Assembly: GCA_019038645.1 (NCBI GenBank)
Contig: JAHOYT010000011.1
Location: forward strand, 63,909-127,908
Source: Bacteroidales bacterium
GTDB lineage: Bacteria > Bacteroidota > Bacteroidia > Bacteroidales > UBA12077
DNA: 64,000 nt
Direction: 5' to 3'
The translations under genes and the position numbers were made by a program. Position 1 is the stretch's first letter. Every line of letters begins with the position of its first letter. Positions 10,717 through 23,585 of this stretch are shown here, piece by piece. Below the pieces are notes generated by a model. That model was not told the DNA's origin. It saw only the letters and a program-made list of their open reading frames with translations, and made no database searches.

Positions 10717-11904
10717 ATGGCTAAAGAAAAATTTGATAGGTCCAAAGCACACGTTAATATCGGTACTATTGGACACGTTGATCATGGTAAAACAACTCTT
10801 ACTGCTGCTATTACTATGGTTTTAGCTAAAAAGGGTTTGTCTGAAATAAGAGATTTTGATTCTATAGACAATGCCCCTGAAGAAAAAGAAAGAGGTATTA
10901 CTATTAACTCAGCACACGTTGAATACACAACAGAAACGCGTCACTATGCACATGTAGATTGTCCGGGTCACGCTGATTATGTTAAGAATATGGTTACTGG
11001 TGCTGCTCAGATGGATGGTGCTATTATTGTAGTTGCAGGTACTGATGGACCAATGCCTCAAACAAGAGAACACATCCTGTTAGCACGTCAGGTAAACGTA
11101 CCTCACCTAGTAGTTTTCATAAATAAAGTTGACTTAGTAGACGACCCAGAATTATTAGAATTAGTTGAAATGGAGATACGTGAACTATTAAGTTTTTATG
11201 ACTTTGATGGTGATAATGTTCCTGTAATTCATGGATCGGCATTAGGTGCATTAAACGGTGAATCTGAATGGGAAGATAAAGTAATGGAACTTATGAATGC
11301 TGTTGATAGCTATATTCCAATACCTCCTCGTGATATGGAAAAACCAATGTTAATGCCTGTTGAGGATGTATTCTCTATTACAGGTCGTGGTACAGTTGCT
11401 ACTGGTAGAATTGAAACTGGTGTTGTAAATACTGGCGACGAATTAGCTATGATTGGTTTAGGTGCTGAAGGTCGTAAGACTGTTTGTACTGGTGTTGAAA
11501 TGTTCCGTAAGATTCTTGATAGAGGTGAAGCTGGCGATAACGTTGGTTTATTGCTTCGTGGTGTTGATAAGAATGAAATCAAAAGAGGAATGGTTCTTGC
11601 TAAGCCAGGTTCAATTAAGCCACATACTAAGTTTAAAGCTGAGGTTTATATCCTGAAAAAAGAAGAAGGTGGACGTCATACTCCATTCCATAATAAGTAT
11701 CGTCCCCAGTTCTATGTTAGAACTCTGGATGTAACTGGTGAAATTTATTTGCCGGAAGGAACAGAAATGGTAATGCCAGGTGATAACGTAAGTATTACTG
11801 TTGAGTTAATCATTCCTGTTGCTATTAACCAGGGATTACGTTTTGCTATTCGTGAAGGTGGTAGAACTGTTGGAGCTGGTCAGGTTACTGAATTAATTGA
11901 CTAA
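10717..11904 (+). CDS. tuf: Elongation factor Tu
   Basis: [18 protein letters not shown] and NKVD GTPase motifs; 395 aa. Confidence 0.98.
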   Translation: MAKEKFDRSKAHVNIGTIGHVDHGKTTLTAAITMVLAKKGLSEIRDFDSIDNAPEEKERGITINSAHVEYTTETRHYAHVDCPGHADYVKNMVTGAAQMDGAIIVVAGTDGPMPQTREHILLARQVNVPHLVVFINKVDLVDDPELLELVEMEIRELLSFYDFDGDNVPVIHGSALGALNGESEWEDKVMELMNAVDSYIPIPPRDMEKPMLMPVEDVFSITGRGTVATGRIETGVVNTGDELAMIGLGAEGRKTVCTGVEMFRKILDRGEAGDNVGLLLRGVDKNEIKRGMVLAKPGSIKPHTKFKAEVYILKKEEGGRHTPFHNKYRPQFYVRTLDVTGEIYLPEGTEMVMPGDNVSITVELIIPVAINQGLRFAIREGGRTVGAGQVTELID

Positions 11905-11935
11905 ATTCATAACATATATTTATATTAAGGATAAT

Positions 11936-11958
11936 TCGGAGATTCCGAATCTCCTTTT
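11936..11958 (+). terminator. Stem-loop plus T-run after tuf
   Basis: GGAGATT-CCG-AATCTCC followed by TTTTAT. Confidence 0.5.
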
Positions 11959-11962
11959 ATAG

Positions 11963-12035
11963 ACGGGCGTAGCTCAGCTGGTAGAGCAGTGGTCTCCAAA
12001 ACCAAAGGTCGTGAGTTCGAATCTTACCTCCCGTG
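11963..12035 (+). tRNA. tRNA-Trp (anticodon CCA)
   Basis: TAGCTCAGCTGGTAGAGC D-arm, anticodon loop CTCCAAA, T-loop AGTTCGAATCT. One acceptor-stem mismatch. Confidence 0.85.
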
Positions 12036-12051
12036 CAAATTAAATTGAATC

Positions 12052-12243
12052 ATGAAAATTAAATTATACTTTCAGGAAGCATTTAACGAACTAATATACA
12101 AAGTATCCTGGCCAACATGGTCCGATTTACAAAGTAGTGCATTAGTTGTTATGGTTGCTTCACTAATCATTGCATTAATAATATTTGCAATGGATTATAG
12201 TTTCCAGAATTTAATGGACTTAATTTACAGTATGTTTTATTAA
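12052..12243 (+). CDS. secE: Preprotein translocase subunit SecE
   Basis: 63 aa with a single C-terminal TM helix. Conserved position between tRNA-Trp and nusG. Confidence 0.85.
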   Translation: MKIKLYFQEAFNELIYKVSWPTWSDLQSSALVVMVASLIIALIIFAMDYSFQNLMDLIYSMFY

Positions 12244-12252
12244 TCACAGAAA

Positions 12253-12804
12253 GTGAAAATGGTTGAAGTTGATAAGAAGTGGTATGTTCTCCGTGCTATT
12301 GGTGGAAAAGAAAAGCGGGTGAAGGAATACATAGAGAGCGAAATTTCACGACTCAATAAACAGGAGTACATTTCTCAGGTATTAATTCCAACTGAAAAAG
12401 TTTATCAGATCAGAAATGGGAAAAAAATTAGTAAAGAACGAAGTTTTTTCCCTGGTTACATTCTGATCGAAGCTATTTTAGTCGGAGAAATAACACATAT
12501 CCTGAAAAATATACCTAATGTGATAGGCTTCCTTGAGTCAGAAGGCGATAGACCAACACCTCTTCGTCAGTCAGAAGTTAACAGAATACTTGGTAAAGTA
12601 GACGAGTTAGCCGAGAGTGATGAAGAAATCAATGTTCCTTTTTATGTTGGTGAAACAGTGAAAGTTGTCGATGGACCATTTAATAGTTTTAATGGTATTA
12701 TCGAAGAAGTAAATGATGAGAAGAAAAAACTTAAGGTAATGGTTAAGATTTTCGGTAGAAAAACTCCATTGGAATTAAGTTTTATGCAGGTTGAAAAAGA
12801 ATAA
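12253..12804 (+). CDS. nusG: Transcription termination/antitermination factor NusG
   Basis: KWYVLRAIGGKEKRV (NGN domain) and C-terminal KOW (GETVKVVDGPFNSFNGIIEEV). GTG at 12253 or ATG at 12259. Confidence 0.95.
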   Translation: MKMVEVDKKWYVLRAIGGKEKRVKEYIESEISRLNKQEYISQVLIPTEKVYQIRNGKKISKERSFFPGYILIEAILVGEITHILKNIPNVIGFLESEGDRPTPLRQSEVNRILGKVDELAESDEEINVPFYVGETVKVVDGPFNSFNGIIEEVNDEKKKLKVMVKIFGRKTPLELSFMQVEKE

Positions 12805-12825
12805 TTAAAAGAACAAATTTATATT

Positions 12826-13269
12826 ATGGCTAAAGAAGTTGCTGGATTAATAAAATTGCAAATTCGGGGTGGCGCAGCAAATCCATCTCCACCTGTAGGA
12901 CCTGCTTTAGGTGCTAAAGGTGTTAATATTATGGAGTTTTGTAAACAGTTTAATGCTCGTACTCAGGACAGAGCCGGAAAGGTTATTCCTGTGATCATTA
13001 CTGTTTATTCTGACAAGTCTTTCGATTTTGTTACAAAAACACCTCCTGTAGCTGTTCAATTATTGGAAACGGCAAAAATTAAATCCGGATCAGCTGAATC
13101 AAACAGAGAAAAAGTTGCTTCTGTTTCTTGGGATCAGGTGAAAACAATTGCAGAAGAAAAAATGCAGGATTTAAATGCCTTTACTGTTGAGTCAGCTATG
13201 AAGATGGTTGCTGGTACAGCCAGAAGTATGGGAATAACCGTAAAAGGAAAATTCCCAGGTAATAAATAA
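12826..13269 (+). CDS. rplK: 50S ribosomal protein L11
   Basis: [21 protein letters not shown] motif. Confidence 0.97.
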   Translation: MAKEVAGLIKLQIRGGAANPSPPVGPALGAKGVNIMEFCKQFNARTQDRAGKVIPVIITVYSDKSFDFVTKTPPVAVQLLETAKIKSGSAESNREKVASVSWDQVKTIAEEKMQDLNAFTVESAMKMVAGTARSMGITVKGKFPGNK

Positions 13270-13291
13270 CCTAAATATCTCGAAAGAAGTT

Positions 13292-13981
13292 ATGACAAAA
13301 CTCACTAAAAATAAGAAAATTGCACTTGAAAAGATTGAACAGGATAAATTGTATACCCTGGAAGATGCTGCAAGTCTTGTTAAAGATATTTCTTTAACAA
13401 AATTTGATGCCTCCGTAGATCTTAATGTGCGATTAGGAATTGACCCGAGAAAATCCAATCAAATGGTCAGAGGTGTTGTTACTTTACCACACGGTACAGG
13501 TAAAACATTTAAAGTTTTGGCTTTATGTACTCCTGAAAAGGAAGAAGAAGCTAAAGCTGCTGGTGCTGATTACGTCGGATTGGACGAGTATATAGAAAAG
13601 ATTAAGAAAGGATGGACAGATGTTGATGTTATCATAACAATGCCTCCTGTAATGGCAAAAGTTGGACAACTAGGACGTATTTTAGGACCCAGAGGATTAA
13701 TGCCTAACCCAAAAACCGGTACTGTTACTATGGAAGTAGGAAAAGCAGTAGAAGAGGTTAAAAAGGGTAAAATCGATTTTAAAGTTGATAAATATGGTAT
13801 TATTCATTCAGCTGTTGGTAAGGTATCATTTGAACCTAATAAATTAGTTGATAATATTCGTGAATTTTTTGCAATGGTAAATAAATTAAAGCCTACTGCA
13901 ACAAAAGGAACCTATATTGCAAGTGTATACCTTTCAAGCACAATGAGTCCTGGATTAAAAATAGATCCAAAATCTATTTAA
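13292..13981 (+). CDS. rplA: 50S ribosomal protein L1
   Basis: Size, position and the motif [17 protein letters not shown]. Confidence 0.97.
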   Translation: MTKLTKNKKIALEKIEQDKLYTLEDAASLVKDISLTKFDASVDLNVRLGIDPRKSNQMVRGVVTLPHGTGKTFKVLALCTPEKEEEAKAAGADYVGLDEYIEKIKKGWTDVDVIITMPPVMAKVGQLGRILGPRGLMPNPKTGTVTMEVGKAVEEVKKGKIDFKVDKYGIIHSAVGKVSFEPNKLVDNIREFFAMVNKLKPTATKGTYIASVYLSSTMSPGLKIDPKSI

Positions 13982-14001
13982 AAAGAGAAAAATTATTAAT
14001 T

Positions 14002-14523
14002 ATGAAACGCGAAGAGAAAGATATCATAGTTAACAACCTGGTTGATCAGCTTAAAGGTTCACCTCATTTTTATCTTACTGATGCAAGCGAGCTAAATGCA
14101 GAAGCGACTAGCTTATTAAGAAGAAAATGTTTTGCGAGTGAGATTAAAATGATTGTTGTTAAGAATACCCTTTTAAAAAGAGCATTAGAACTTACTGATT
14201 ACAAAGTTGATGAGTTATATGATGTTTTAAAGGGAGCTACATCGATAATGTTTACTCAAACCGGTAATGGCCCGGCTAAATTGATTAAAGAATTTCGTGA
14301 GAAATTTGAAAAACCATTAATTAAAGCTGCTTATGTAGAAGAGTCAGTTTATATTGGTGATGATCAGTTAGAAGCATTAGTAAATGTTAAATCTAAAGAA
14401 GAATTACTTGGTGATTTAATTGCATTGTTGCAATCACCTGTTAAAAAAGTAATATCTCAATTAAAATCAGGAAATAATATCCTGGCTGGTGTTATTGAAA
14501 CACTTTCAGACAAAAAAGAATAA
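14002..14523 (+). CDS. rplJ: 50S ribosomal protein L10
   Basis: Conserved position between rplA and rplL; 173 aa; typical L10 N-terminus. Confidence 0.93.
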   Translation: MKREEKDIIVNNLVDQLKGSPHFYLTDASELNAEATSLLRRKCFASEIKMIVVKNTLLKRALELTDYKVDELYDVLKGATSIMFTQTGNGPAKLIKEFREKFEKPLIKAAYVEESVYIGDDQLEALVNVKSKEELLGDLIALLQSPVKKVISQLKSGNNILAGVIETLSDKKE

Positions 14524-14563
14524 GTAAAAAAATAATTAAAATTAATTTTAAAAATAAAGAAAA

Positions 14564-14941
14564 ATGGCAGATTTAAAAGCGTTTGCAGAACAATTGGTTA
14601 ATTTAACTGTAAAAGAGGTAAATGAATTAGCAGACATATTAAAAGAAGAATATGGTATTGAGCCTGCAGCTGCAGCTGTTGCAGTAGCTGGTCCTGCAGC
14701 TGGCGGAGAAGCTGGTGGAGAAGCTGAAAAAACTGAATTTGATGTGGTTTTAAAAGCACCGGGTGGAGCTAAATTACAAATCGTTAAGCTTGTTAAAGAA
14801 TTAACTGGTTTAGGATTAAAAGAAGCTAAAGAAGTTGTTGATAGCGCACCAAAAGCAATTAAAGAAGGCGTTTCAAAAGAGGAAGCAGATTCACTTAAAC
14901 AACAATTAGAAGAAGCAGGAGCAGAAGTTGAACTTAAATAG
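14564..14941 (+). CDS. rplL: 50S ribosomal protein L7/L12
   Basis: Ala-rich hinge ([20 protein letters not shown]) followed by [21 protein letters not shown]. Confidence 0.97.
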   Translation: MADLKAFAEQLVNLTVKEVNELADILKEEYGIEPAAAAVAVAGPAAGGEAGGEAEKTEFDVVLKAPGGAKLQIVKLVKELTGLGLKEAKEVVDSAPKAIKEGVSKEEADSLKQQLEEAGAEVELK

Positions 14942-14967
14942 GATTGATCTAACATACTAGCTTACAG

Positions 14968-15005
14968 GGTTTGGAATCTCATTCAATGGGATTCTAAGCC
15001 TTTTT
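14968..15005 (+). terminator. rplL-rpoB intergenic attenuator hairpin
   Basis: About 13-bp stem with G-U pairs (GGTTTGGAATCTC / GGGATTCTAAGCC) followed by TTTTT. Confidence 0.6.
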
Positions 15006-15045
15006 ATTATCTTAAGTGTTTGAGTTCAATTAATTTTATAAGTCA

Positions 15046-18000
15046 ATGGCTTCAAATATATTAAACAAAAGAATTAGTTTCGCTTCAGCAAAAAATCAGT
15101 TGGAATATCCTGATTTTCTTGAAGTGCAGTTAAAATCCTTTCAGGATTTTTTTCAACAGCATTCCACAACGGATGATCGAAAAAATGAAGGGTTGTATCA
15201 GGTTTTTAGTGATAATTTCCCTATTACTGATACAAGAAATAATTTTATCCTTGAATTTTTAGATTATTTCATCGATCCACCAAGATATTCGATCAAGGAA
15301 TGTGTTGAAAGAGGATTAACTTTTAGCGTACCGCTAAAAGCTAAACTTAAATTGTATTGTACTGATCCGGAACACGAGGATTTCGATACAGTTATCCAGG
15401 ATGTTTATCTTGGAACAGTTCCGTATATGACCAATAGGGGAACCTTTGTTATTAATGGTGCAGAACGTGTTATTGTATCTCAGTTACACCGTTCTCCGGG
15501 CGTTTTCTTTGGACAGAGTTTACACGCAAACGGAACAAAATTATATTCAGCAAGAATTATTCCTTTCCGTGGTTCATGGATCGAATTTGCTACTGACATA
15601 AACAGTGTTATGTATGCTTATATTGATCGTAAAAAGAAATTACCGGTAACAACACTTTTAAGGGCGATTGGATATGAGAGTGATAAAGACATTCTTGAAA
15701 TATTCGATTTAGCTGATGAAATAAAAGTTTCGAAATCAGGATTAAAAAAGTACGTCGGACGAAAACTTGCAGCTCGTGTTTTAAAATCATGGGTTGAAGA
15801 TTTTGTTGATGAGGATACGGGTGAGGTTGTTTCTATTGAAAGAAACGAAGTAATAATTGATCGTGAGACAGTAATTGAAAATGAACACGTTGATCAGATT
15901 GTTGATTCAGGTTCTAAAACAATTTTACTTCACAAAGAAGATCAGAACCTTACTGATTTTGCCATAATCTATAATACATTACAAAAAGATCCTTGTAATT
16001 CAGAAAAAGAAGCTGTATTGCATATATACAGACAATTGCGTAACTCTGAGCCACCTGATGAGGCTACTGCACGTGATGTAATTGACAAATTGTTTTTCTC
16101 AGATAAAAGATATGATCTTGGTGATGTAGGAAGATACAGGTTAAACAAAAAACTTAATCTGGAAACTGCAATTGATATTAAAGTCCTTACAAAAGATGAT
16201 ATAATTCAGATCATTAAATATTTGATTGAGTTAATAAACTCAAAAACCGATGTTGATGATATTGACCATCTAAGTAACCGAAGAGTTCGTACCGTTGGTG
16301 AACAATTGTCAAATCAGTTTGGTGTTGGTTTAGCACGAATGGCAAGAACAATTCGTGAAAGAATGAATGTAAGGGATAATGAGGTTTTTACACCAATAGA
16401 TCTGATAAACTCTAAAACATTATCATCAGTAATTAACTCATTTTTTGGTACAAACCAACTATCTCAGTTTATGGATCAGACAAATCCGTTAGGTGAGATA
16501 ACTCATAAAAGACGAATGTCTGCATTGGGTCCTGGTGGTTTGTCAAGAGAAAGAGCTGGTTTTGAGGTTCGTGATGTTCATTATACACATTACGGTAGGT
16601 TATGCCCTATTGAAACTCCTGAAGGCCCGAATATTGGACTTATTTCTTCGCTATGTGTATTTGCGAAAATTAATAAATTAGGATTTATAGAAACTCCTTA
16701 TAGAAAAGTAACAGAAGGAAAAGTTGGTTTAGCTGATGATTCTGTAACATTTCTAAGTGCAGAAGAGGAAGAGGGTATTATTATCGCTCAGGCAAATGCC
16801 CCAATTGATGATGAAGGTAAATTCATAAATCAAAGAGTAAAAACACGATTAGATGCTGATTATCCTTTAGCTACTCCTGAGGAAATAGTATTAATGGATG
16901 TAGCACCTAATCAGATTGCTTCTATTGCAGCATCTCTTATTCCGTTCCTTGAACATGATGATGCAAACCGTGCTTTGATGGGATCTAATATGATGCGTCA
17001 GGCAGTTCCGTTATTACAGCCTGAGGCTCCAATAGTAGGTACAGGTCTGGAAGAACATGTTATCAAAGATGCAAGAATTCAAATAGTTGCTGAAGCTAAA
17101 GGTGTTGTTGAGTATGTTGACGCTGAAGAAATAGTTATCAGATACGAAAGAAGCGAGGAGGATAAATTTGTAAGTTTCGATGATGATATTAAACGATATG
17201 AATTACCAAAATTTGCAAAAACAAATCAGAATACATGTGTTAATCTGAAACCAATTGTAAGAAAAGGACAAGAGGTTATAAAAGGACAAATTTTAACCGA
17301 GGGATATGGAACAGAAAAAGGCGAACTGGCTTTAGGAAGAAATCTTAAAGTTGCTTTTATGCCTTGGAAAGGTTACAATTTTGAGGATGCGATTGTTATT
17401 TCAGAGAATGTTGTTAAAGATGATGTATTTACTTCAATCCATATTGATGAATACTTACTTGAAGTAAGAGATACAAAACGTGGACTGGAAGAGTTAACAG
17501 CAGATATACCAAATGTTAGTGAAGAAGCAACAAAAGATCTTGACGAAAATGGTCTTATAAGAATTGGTGCTCATGTTAAACCCGGAGATATTTTAATTGG
17601 TAAAATTACTCCAAAAGGAGAGTCAGATCCTTCTCCGGAAGAAAAACTTTTGCGGGCAATATTTGGTGATAAAGCCGGAGATGTTAAGGATGCTTCTTTA
17701 AAAGCGTCTCCATCATTAAGGGGTGTTGTTATCGATAAGATATTATTCTCAAGAGCAATTAAAGATAAAAAATCAAAAAATAGCGATAAGATTGAAATTG
17801 AGGCTATTGATAAAGAATTTGGTTTAAAAGTTGACCAGTTAACACAAAAATTAATTGATAAATTATTCATTCTGGTTAATGGTAAAACTTCTCAGGGAGT
17901 AAAAGATTTCTATAACGTTGATGTAATTCCGAAAGGAATCAAGTTTACTATAAAGATGTTACAGGAAATTGATTATATGAATGTTAATCCTGGGAAATGG

Positions 18001-18858
18001 ACAACAGATAAATCAAAGAATGAAATAATTAAGAAATTGTTACATAATTATATTATAAGACGTAAAGAAACTGATTCTCATTTAAAACGTAAAAAATATA
18101 ATGTAACAATTGGAGATGAACTACCAACTGGTATTATTCAAATGGCAAAAGTATATATTGCCAAAAAACGAAAAGTTAAGGTTGGTGATAAGATGGCAGG
18201 TAGACACGGAAATAAAGGTATTGTTGCCAGAATTGTTCGCGTTGAGGATATGCCTTTCTTAGAGGATGGAACGCCAGTTGATATTGTTTTGAATCCACTG
18301 GGTGTGCCTTCAAGAATGAACCTTGGACAGATTTACGAATCGGTTCTTGGCTGGGCAGGTAAAAAGCTTGGTGTAAAGTTTGCAACACCAATTTTTGATG
18401 GAGCAACACTCGAACAAATTACCGAATATACTGAAAAAGCAGGATTGCCTGCATATGGTAAATCATTTTTATATGATGGCGGAACAGGTGAGAAATTTCA
18501 TCAACCGGCAACAGTTGGGGTTATTTATATGCTTAAACTAGGTCATATGGTTGAAGATAAAATGCACGCCCGTTCAATTGGACCATACTCCCTTATTACG
18601 CAGCAGCCTCTTGGAGGTAAAGCTCAGTTTGGAGGTCAGCGTTTTGGTGAAATGGAGGTATGGGCACTTGAAGCATTCGGTGCATCAAATATTCTTCAGG
18701 AAATACTTACCGTTAAGTCAGATGATGTTAATGGTAGAGCCAGAGCTTATGAAGCTATAGTTAAAGGAGAGCCAATGCCAATGCCTGGTATACCTGAATC
18801 GCTTAATGTTTTGTTACATGAGTTAAGAGGTTTAGGATTAAGTGTGAATCTTGACTAA
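15046..18858 (+). CDS. rpoB: DNA-directed RNA polymerase subunit beta
   Basis: 1270 aa, with [25 protein letters not shown] and [13 protein letters not shown] motifs. Confidence 0.99.
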   Translation: MASNILNKRISFASAKNQLEYPDFLEVQLKSFQDFFQQHSTTDDRKNEGLYQVFSDNFPITDTRNNFILEFLDYFIDPPRYSIKECVERGLTFSVPLKAKLKLYCTDPEHEDFDTVIQDVYLGTVPYMTNRGTFVINGAERVIVSQLHRSPGVFFGQSLHANGTKLYSARIIPFRGSWIEFATDINSVMYAYIDRKKKLPVTTLLRAIGYESDKDILEIFDLADEIKVSKSGLKKYVGRKLAARVLKSWVEDFVDEDTGEVVSIERNEVIIDRETVIENEHVDQIVDSGSKTILLHKEDQNLTDFAIIYNTLQKDPCNSEKEAVLHIYRQLRNSEPPDEATARDVIDKLFFSDKRYDLGDVGRYRLNKKLNLETAIDIKVLTKDDIIQIIKYLIELINSKTDVDDIDHLSNRRVRTVGEQLSNQFGVGLARMARTIRERMNVRDNEVFTPIDLINSKTLSSVINSFFGTNQLSQFMDQTNPLGEITHKRRMSALGPGGLSRERAGFEVRDVHYTHYGRLCPIETPEGPNIGLISSLCVFAKINKLGFIETPYRKVTEGKVGLADDSVTFLSAEEEEGIIIAQANAPIDDEGKFINQRVKTRLDADYPLATPEEIVLMDVAPNQIASIAASLIPFLEHDDANRALMGSNMMRQAVPLLQPEAPIVGTGLEEHVIKDARIQIVAEAKGVVEYVDAEEIVIRYERSEEDKFVSFDDDIKRYELPKFAKTNQNTCVNLKPIVRKGQEVIKGQILTEGYGTEKGELALGRNLKVAFMPWKGYNFEDAIVISENVVKDDVFTSIHIDEYLLEVRDTKRGLEELTADIPNVSEEATKDLDENGLIRIGAHVKPGDILIGKITPKGESDPSPEEKLLRAIFGDKAGDVKDASLKASPSLRGVVIDKILFSRAIKDKKSKNSDKIEIEAIDKEFGLKVDQLTQKLIDKLFILVNGKTSQGVKDFYNVDVIPKGIKFTIKMLQEIDYMNVNPGKWTTDKSKNEIIKKLLHNYIIRRKETDSHLKRKKYNVTIGDELPTGIIQMAKVYIAKKRKVKVGDKMAGRHGNKGIVARIVRVEDMPFLEDGTPVDIVLNPLGVPSRMNLGQIYESVLGWAGKKLGVKFATPIFDGATLEQITEYTEKAGLPAYGKSFLYDGGTGEKFHQPATVGVIYMLKLGHMVEDKMHARSIGPYSLITQQPLGGKAQFGGQRFGEMEVWALEAFGASNILQEILTVKSDDVNGRARAYEAIVKGEPMPMPGIPESLNVLLHELRGLGLSVNLD

Positions 18859-18869
18859 CTAATAAATAC

Positions 18870-18895
18870 AGGATGTTGGGTAGCCCCAGCATCCT
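18870..18895 (+). other. rpoB-rpoC intercistronic stem-loop
   Basis: AGGATGTTGGG-TAGC-CCCAGCATCCT (11 bp, one G-U). No T-run follows. Confidence 0.5.
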
Positions 18896-18934
18896 CTACG
18901 ATTTTAATATTTACATACATTTAATTTATATCAT

Positions 18935-21900
18935 ATGTCATTCAGAAGAGATAATAAGGTAAAGAATAATTTTACAAAAATCTCTATAGGTTTAGCTTCT
19001 CCTGAAGAAATATTGGAAAGCTCCAGTGGGGAGGTATTAAAGCCTGAGACTATAAATTACAGAACATACAAACCTGAACGTGATGGTTTGTTCTGTGAAA
19101 GGATATTTGGTCCTGTTAAAGATTATGAATGTCATTGCGGTAAATACAAACGAATCAGATATAAAGGAATCGTTTGCGACCGTTGTGGAGTTGAGGTAAC
19201 AGAAAAAAAAGTGCGTAGGGAAAGAATGGGTCATATCTCTTTAGTTGTTCCTGTTGCTCATATTTGGTACTTTAAATCATTACCAAATAAAATAGGATAC
19301 CTTCTTGGTCTTCCTACAAAAAAATTAGATTCAATAATTTATTATGAAAGATATGTTGTAATTAATCCTGGTGTTAAAGCTGAAGATGATGTTAATTACC
19401 TCGATTTCTTAACTGAAGAAGAATATCTTGATATATTAGAATCCTTACCAAAGGAAAATCAATATTTGGATGATTCAGATCCAAATAAATTCATTGCAGA
19501 TATGGGAGCTGATGCTCTGTATAAATTACTTGAAAGAATAGATCTGGATGAATTATCATATTCGCTTCGTCATAAAGCTAATACTGAGACATCTCAGCAA
19601 CGTAAAAACGAAGCACTAAAAAGATTAAAAGTAGTTGAGGCGTTCAGAGCTTCAAAAAGCGTTAACAGACCGGAGTGGATGGTTGTTAAAGTTGTTCCTG
19701 TTATTCCACCTGAGTTGAGGCCTTTAGTTCCTCTTGATGGTGGTCGCTTTGCAACTTCTGATTTAAATGATTTGTACAGAAGAGTTATTATCAGAAACAA
19801 CAGATTGAAACGCTTAATTGAAATTAAAGCTCCTGAAGTTATTTTACGTAACGAAAAAAGGATGCTACAGGAAGCTGTTGATTCTTTATTCGATAACTCT
19901 AGAAAATCAAATGCTGTTAAAACGGATTCAAACAGACCTTTAAAATCATTAAGTGATAGTTTAAAAGGTAAGCAGGGACGATTTCGTCAAAACCTACTTG
20001 GTAAACGTGTTGATTATTCTGCTCGTTCGGTTATTGTTGTTGGGCCAGAATTACATTTACATGAATGTGGTTTACCAAAAGATATGGCTGCTGAACTTTA
20101 CAAACCTTTTATTATCAGAAAACTTATTGAAAGAGGTATTGTAAAAACTGTTAAATCAGCTAAGAAGATTGTCGATCGTAAAGATCCTGTTGTTTGGGAT
20201 ATCCTGGAAAATATTCTTAAAGGACATCCGGTTATGCTTAACCGTGCTCCGACATTACACCGTTTAGGTATTCAATCATTTCAGCCTAAGTTAATCGAAG
20301 GTAAAGCTATTCAGTTGCATCCTTTGGTTTGTACTGCATTTAATGCTGACTTTGATGGTGATCAGATGGCTGTTCATTTACCTCTTGGAAATCCGGCAAT
20401 ACTTGAAGCTCAAATGTTAATGCTTGCTTCACATAATATATTAAACCCTGCGAATGGAGCACCTATTACTGTCCCTTCACAGGATATGGTATTGGGATTA
20501 TACTACATTACAAAACAAAGGGATGGAGTTAAAGGCGAAGGATTAACATTTTACTCCCCTGAGGAAGTTACAATAGCTTATAATGAAGGAGCTGTTGCTC
20601 TACATGCAAGTATTAAGGTTAAGTTGCACGATTTAGTTGACGGAGAATATGTTAACCACATGATTGAAACAACTGTTGGACGAGTTTTATTTAATCAGTT
20701 TGTTCCAAAAGAAGCAGGATATATCAATCAATTATTAACAAAGAAATCTTTAAGGGATATTATTGGTGATGTTCTTAAAAAGACTGGTACCGATGTAACA
20801 GCAAAGTTCCTTGATGAAATAAAAAATCTTGGATATCAGATGGCATTCAGGGGTGGATTATCATTTAATCTTGACGATGTTATTATACCAAAAGAGAAAG
20901 TGGATCTGGTTAAGGATGGTTATGATCAGGTTGAAGAGGTGTTGACTAATTATAATATGGGTTTCATTACAAATAATGAACGTTATAATCAGATTATCGA
21001 TATCTGGACACATATTAATGCTAAGTTAACACAAACCTTAATGAATAACCTTTCAAAGGATAATCAGGGATTCAATTCTGTTTATATGATGCTTGATTCA
21101 GGTGCAAGGGGATCTAAAGAACAGATTCGTCAGCTTTCAGGAATGAGGGGACTTATGGCTAAACCTCAAAAATCAGGAACAACCGGTTCTGAAATTATTG
21201 AAAACCCGATTCTTTCGAACTTTAAGGAAGGATTATCTGTTCTTGAATATTTTATATCTACTCACGGTGCTCGTAAAGGTTTGGCAGATACAGCTTTGAA
21301 AACGGCTGATGCAGGTTATTTAACACGTCGTTTGGTTGATGTTTCTCAGGATGTTATTATAACGGAAGAAGATTGTGGAACATTACGAGGGTTGGCTGCA
21401 ACCGCAATTAAGAAAAACGAAGAGGTCGTAGAAACTTTGTTCGAAAGAATATTAGGTAGAACTACTGTTCATAATGTATACAATCCTTTAGACGGAGAAC
21501 TTATAATTGGTGCTGGTGAAGAAATAACTGAAGAAATTGGAAGAAAAATAGAGGAATCACCTATTGAGCAGGTTGAAATCAGATCAGTATTAACTTGTGA
21601 ATCTAAAAATGGTGTTTGTACAAAATGTTACGGCAGAAATTTAGCAACAGGTAGAATGGTTCAGAAAGGTGAAGCTGTAGGTGTAATAGCCGCTCAGTCA
21701 ATTGGAGAACCTGGTACACAGCTTACATTAAGAACTTTCCACGTTGGTGGTACTGCTTCAAATATTGCAACTGATTCTAGTGTAATTTCAAAATATGATG
21801 GAACTGTGGAGATTGAAGAATTAAGAACAGTTCAGAAAGTTGAAGAGGACGGTAAAAAAGTAAATATTGTAATTGGTCGTCTTGCTGAAATGCGTATCGT

Positions 21901-23194
21901 TGATAAAAATACTGGTATTGCTTTGTCGACAAATACTATTCCTTATGGTTCAAAACTATATATTAAACACGGACAAGAAGTTAAAAAAGATACTGTTATA
22001 TGTGAATGGGATCCTTATAATGCTCTTATAATATCAGAGGCATCAGGTAATTTAATATTTGATAGTGTTATTGAAGGAGTTACGTTTAAGGAAGAGTCAG
22101 ATGAACAAACCGGATTCAGAGAAAAAGTTATTATAGAAACCAGAGATAAGAAAAAGAACCCGAATGCTAAATTAGTAGGTAAGGATGGTGAGATAATTAA
22201 AACTTACAACTTACCAGTTGGCGCACATTTAAATATTGATGATGGACAAGAAGTTAAGCCTGGTCAGATTCTGGCTAAGATTCCAAGAGCAGTTGGTAAA
22301 TCTGGTGATATTACAGGTGGTTTGCCGCGTGTAACTGAATTGTTTGAAGCAAGAAATCCATCTAACCCTGCAGTTGTATCTGAAATTGACGGAGAAGTTG
22401 CATTTGGTAAAATTAAGCGTGGTAACAGAGAGATTATAGTTACTTCCAGAACAGGTGAAATTAAGAAATATCTTGTTTCATTATCAAAACAAATTCTTGT
22501 TCAGGAAAACGATTATGTAAGAGCGGGAATTCCATTGTCTGATGGTGCAATTACACCTTCTGATATACTAGCTATTAAAGGGCCTACAATGGTTCAGGAA
22601 TATATTGTAAATGAAGTACAGGAAGTATACCGATTACAGGGTGTAAAAATCAACGACAAACATTTTGAGGTTATTGTACGTCAGATGATGCGTAAGGTTG
22701 TTATTGAAGATCCGGGTGACACTAAATTCCTTGAGAAACAAGTTGTTGATAAATGGGTATTTATGAACGAGAATGACTGGATTTACGATAAAAAAGTTAT
22801 TGCTGATCCTGGAGATTCTCAGACTTTTAGTGCTGGTCAGATTGTTACAGCCAGAAAACTCAGAGATGAAAATTCCGTTTTAAAGCGTAAAGACCTGAAA
22901 TTAATTGAAGCCAGAGATGCAGTTCCCGCAACTTCAAGTCAGGTATTACAGGGTATTACAAAAGCGGCTCTTCAAACAAAGAGTTTTATGTCTGCAGCTT
23001 CGTTCCAGGAAACAACAAAAGTTTTAAATGAAGCGGCAATTAATGGAAAAGTTGACGGTCTTGAAGGATTAAAAGAGAACGTTATTGTTGGACACAAAAT
23101 TCCGGCTGGAACAGGATTACGTGACTATGAGAAAATAATTGTAGGTTCCCGCGAGGAATATGACAATTTAATGTCTGCAAAAGAAATTGATTAA
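18935..23194 (+). CDS. rpoC: DNA-directed RNA polymerase subunit beta'
   Basis: 1419 aa. Zn-finger [23 protein letters not shown] and catalytic [12 protein letters not shown]. Confidence 0.99.
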   Translation: MSFRRDNKVKNNFTKISIGLASPEEILESSSGEVLKPETINYRTYKPERDGLFCERIFGPVKDYECHCGKYKRIRYKGIVCDRCGVEVTEKKVRRERMGHISLVVPVAHIWYFKSLPNKIGYLLGLPTKKLDSIIYYERYVVINPGVKAEDDVNYLDFLTEEEYLDILESLPKENQYLDDSDPNKFIADMGADALYKLLERIDLDELSYSLRHKANTETSQQRKNEALKRLKVVEAFRASKSVNRPEWMVVKVVPVIPPELRPLVPLDGGRFATSDLNDLYRRVIIRNNRLKRLIEIKAPEVILRNEKRMLQEAVDSLFDNSRKSNAVKTDSNRPLKSLSDSLKGKQGRFRQNLLGKRVDYSARSVIVVGPELHLHECGLPKDMAAELYKPFIIRKLIERGIVKTVKSAKKIVDRKDPVVWDILENILKGHPVMLNRAPTLHRLGIQSFQPKLIEGKAIQLHPLVCTAFNADFDGDQMAVHLPLGNPAILEAQMLMLASHNILNPANGAPITVPSQDMVLGLYYITKQRDGVKGEGLTFYSPEEVTIAYNEGAVALHASIKVKLHDLVDGEYVNHMIETTVGRVLFNQFVPKEAGYINQLLTKKSLRDIIGDVLKKTGTDVTAKFLDEIKNLGYQMAFRGGLSFNLDDVIIPKEKVDLVKDGYDQVEEVLTNYNMGFITNNERYNQIIDIWTHINAKLTQTLMNNLSKDNQGFNSVYMMLDSGARGSKEQIRQLSGMRGLMAKPQKSGTTGSEIIENPILSNFKEGLSVLEYFISTHGARKGLADTALKTADAGYLTRRLVDVSQDVIITEEDCGTLRGLAATAIKKNEEVVETLFERILGRTTVHNVYNPLDGELIIGAGEEITEEIGRKIEESPIEQVEIRSVLTCESKNGVCTKCYGRNLATGRMVQKGEAVGVIAAQSIGEPGTQLTLRTFHVGGTASNIATDSSVISKYDGTVEIEELRTVQKVEEDGKKVNIVIGRLAEMRIVDKNTGIALSTNTIPYGSKLYIKHGQEVKKDTVICEWDPYNALIISEASGNLIFDSVIEGVTFKEESDEQTGFREKVIIETRDKKKNPNAKLVGKDGEIIKTYNLPVGAHLNIDDGQEVKPGQILAKIPRAVGKSGDITGGLPRVTELFEARNPSNPAVVSEIDGEVAFGKIKRGNREIIVTSRTGEIKKYLVSLSKQILVQENDYVRAGIPLSDGAITPSDILAIKGPTMVQEYIVNEVQEVYRLQGVKINDKHFEVIVRQMMRKVVIEDPGDTKFLEKQVVDKWVFMNENDWIYDKKVIADPGDSQTFSAGQIVTARKLRDENSVLKRKDLKLIEARDAVPATSSQVLQGITKAALQTKSFMSAASFQETTKVLNEAAINGKVDGLEGLKENVIVGHKIPAGTGLRDYEKIIVGSREEYDNLMSAKEID

Positions 23195-23213
23195 TGCAGT
23201 AAAATAGAATATC

Positions 23214-23537
23214 ATGGAAGACGAAAAAAAACAAAAAAAAGGACAAATAAATATTGATCTGAAAGAAGAAGTTGCTCAGGGAATTTATTCAAATCTGGCA
23301 GTTATTACTCATTCAAGCTCTGAATTTGTTTTAGATTTTGTTAGAGTTATGCCTGGTATACCAAAGGCTGAAGTAAAATCCAGAATAATATTGACTCCGG
23401 AACATGCAAAACGTTTTTTAAATGCATTACAGGATAATGTTGAGAAATATGAAAAAATGCATGGTCCCATTAGAAAATCCGAAGGAGGAGGACCTATGAT
23501 GCCAATGAATTTTGGAGGACCTACAGCACAAGCTTAA
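23214..23537 (+). CDS. DUF3467-like small protein
   Basis: 107 aa containing GIYSNLAVITHSSSEFVLDF. A small gene directly after rpoC is a recurrent Bacteroidota arrangement, from memory. Confidence 0.6.
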   Translation: MEDEKKQKKGQINIDLKEEVAQGIYSNLAVITHSSSEFVLDFVRVMPGIPKAEVKSRIILTPEHAKRFLNALQDNVEKYEKMHGPIRKSEGGGPMMPMNFGGPTAQA

Positions 23538-23554
23538 GATAATTTATAATAATG

Positions 23555-23584
23555 AAAAGGTGAATCAATTGATTCACCTTTTTT
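23555..23584. terminator. Bidirectional terminator between the DUF3467-like gene and the Nramp gene
   Basis: Perfect 28-bp palindrome AAAAGGTGAATCAATTGATTCACCTTTT. Confidence 0.8.
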
Positions 23585-23585
23585 G

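Noticed and set aside
14548-14955. 135-aa Ala/Ser-rich ORF antisense to rplL
   Set aside because: It is the mirror frame of the GC-rich, Ala-rich L7/L12 gene. The sense strand is an unmistakable ribosomal protein.
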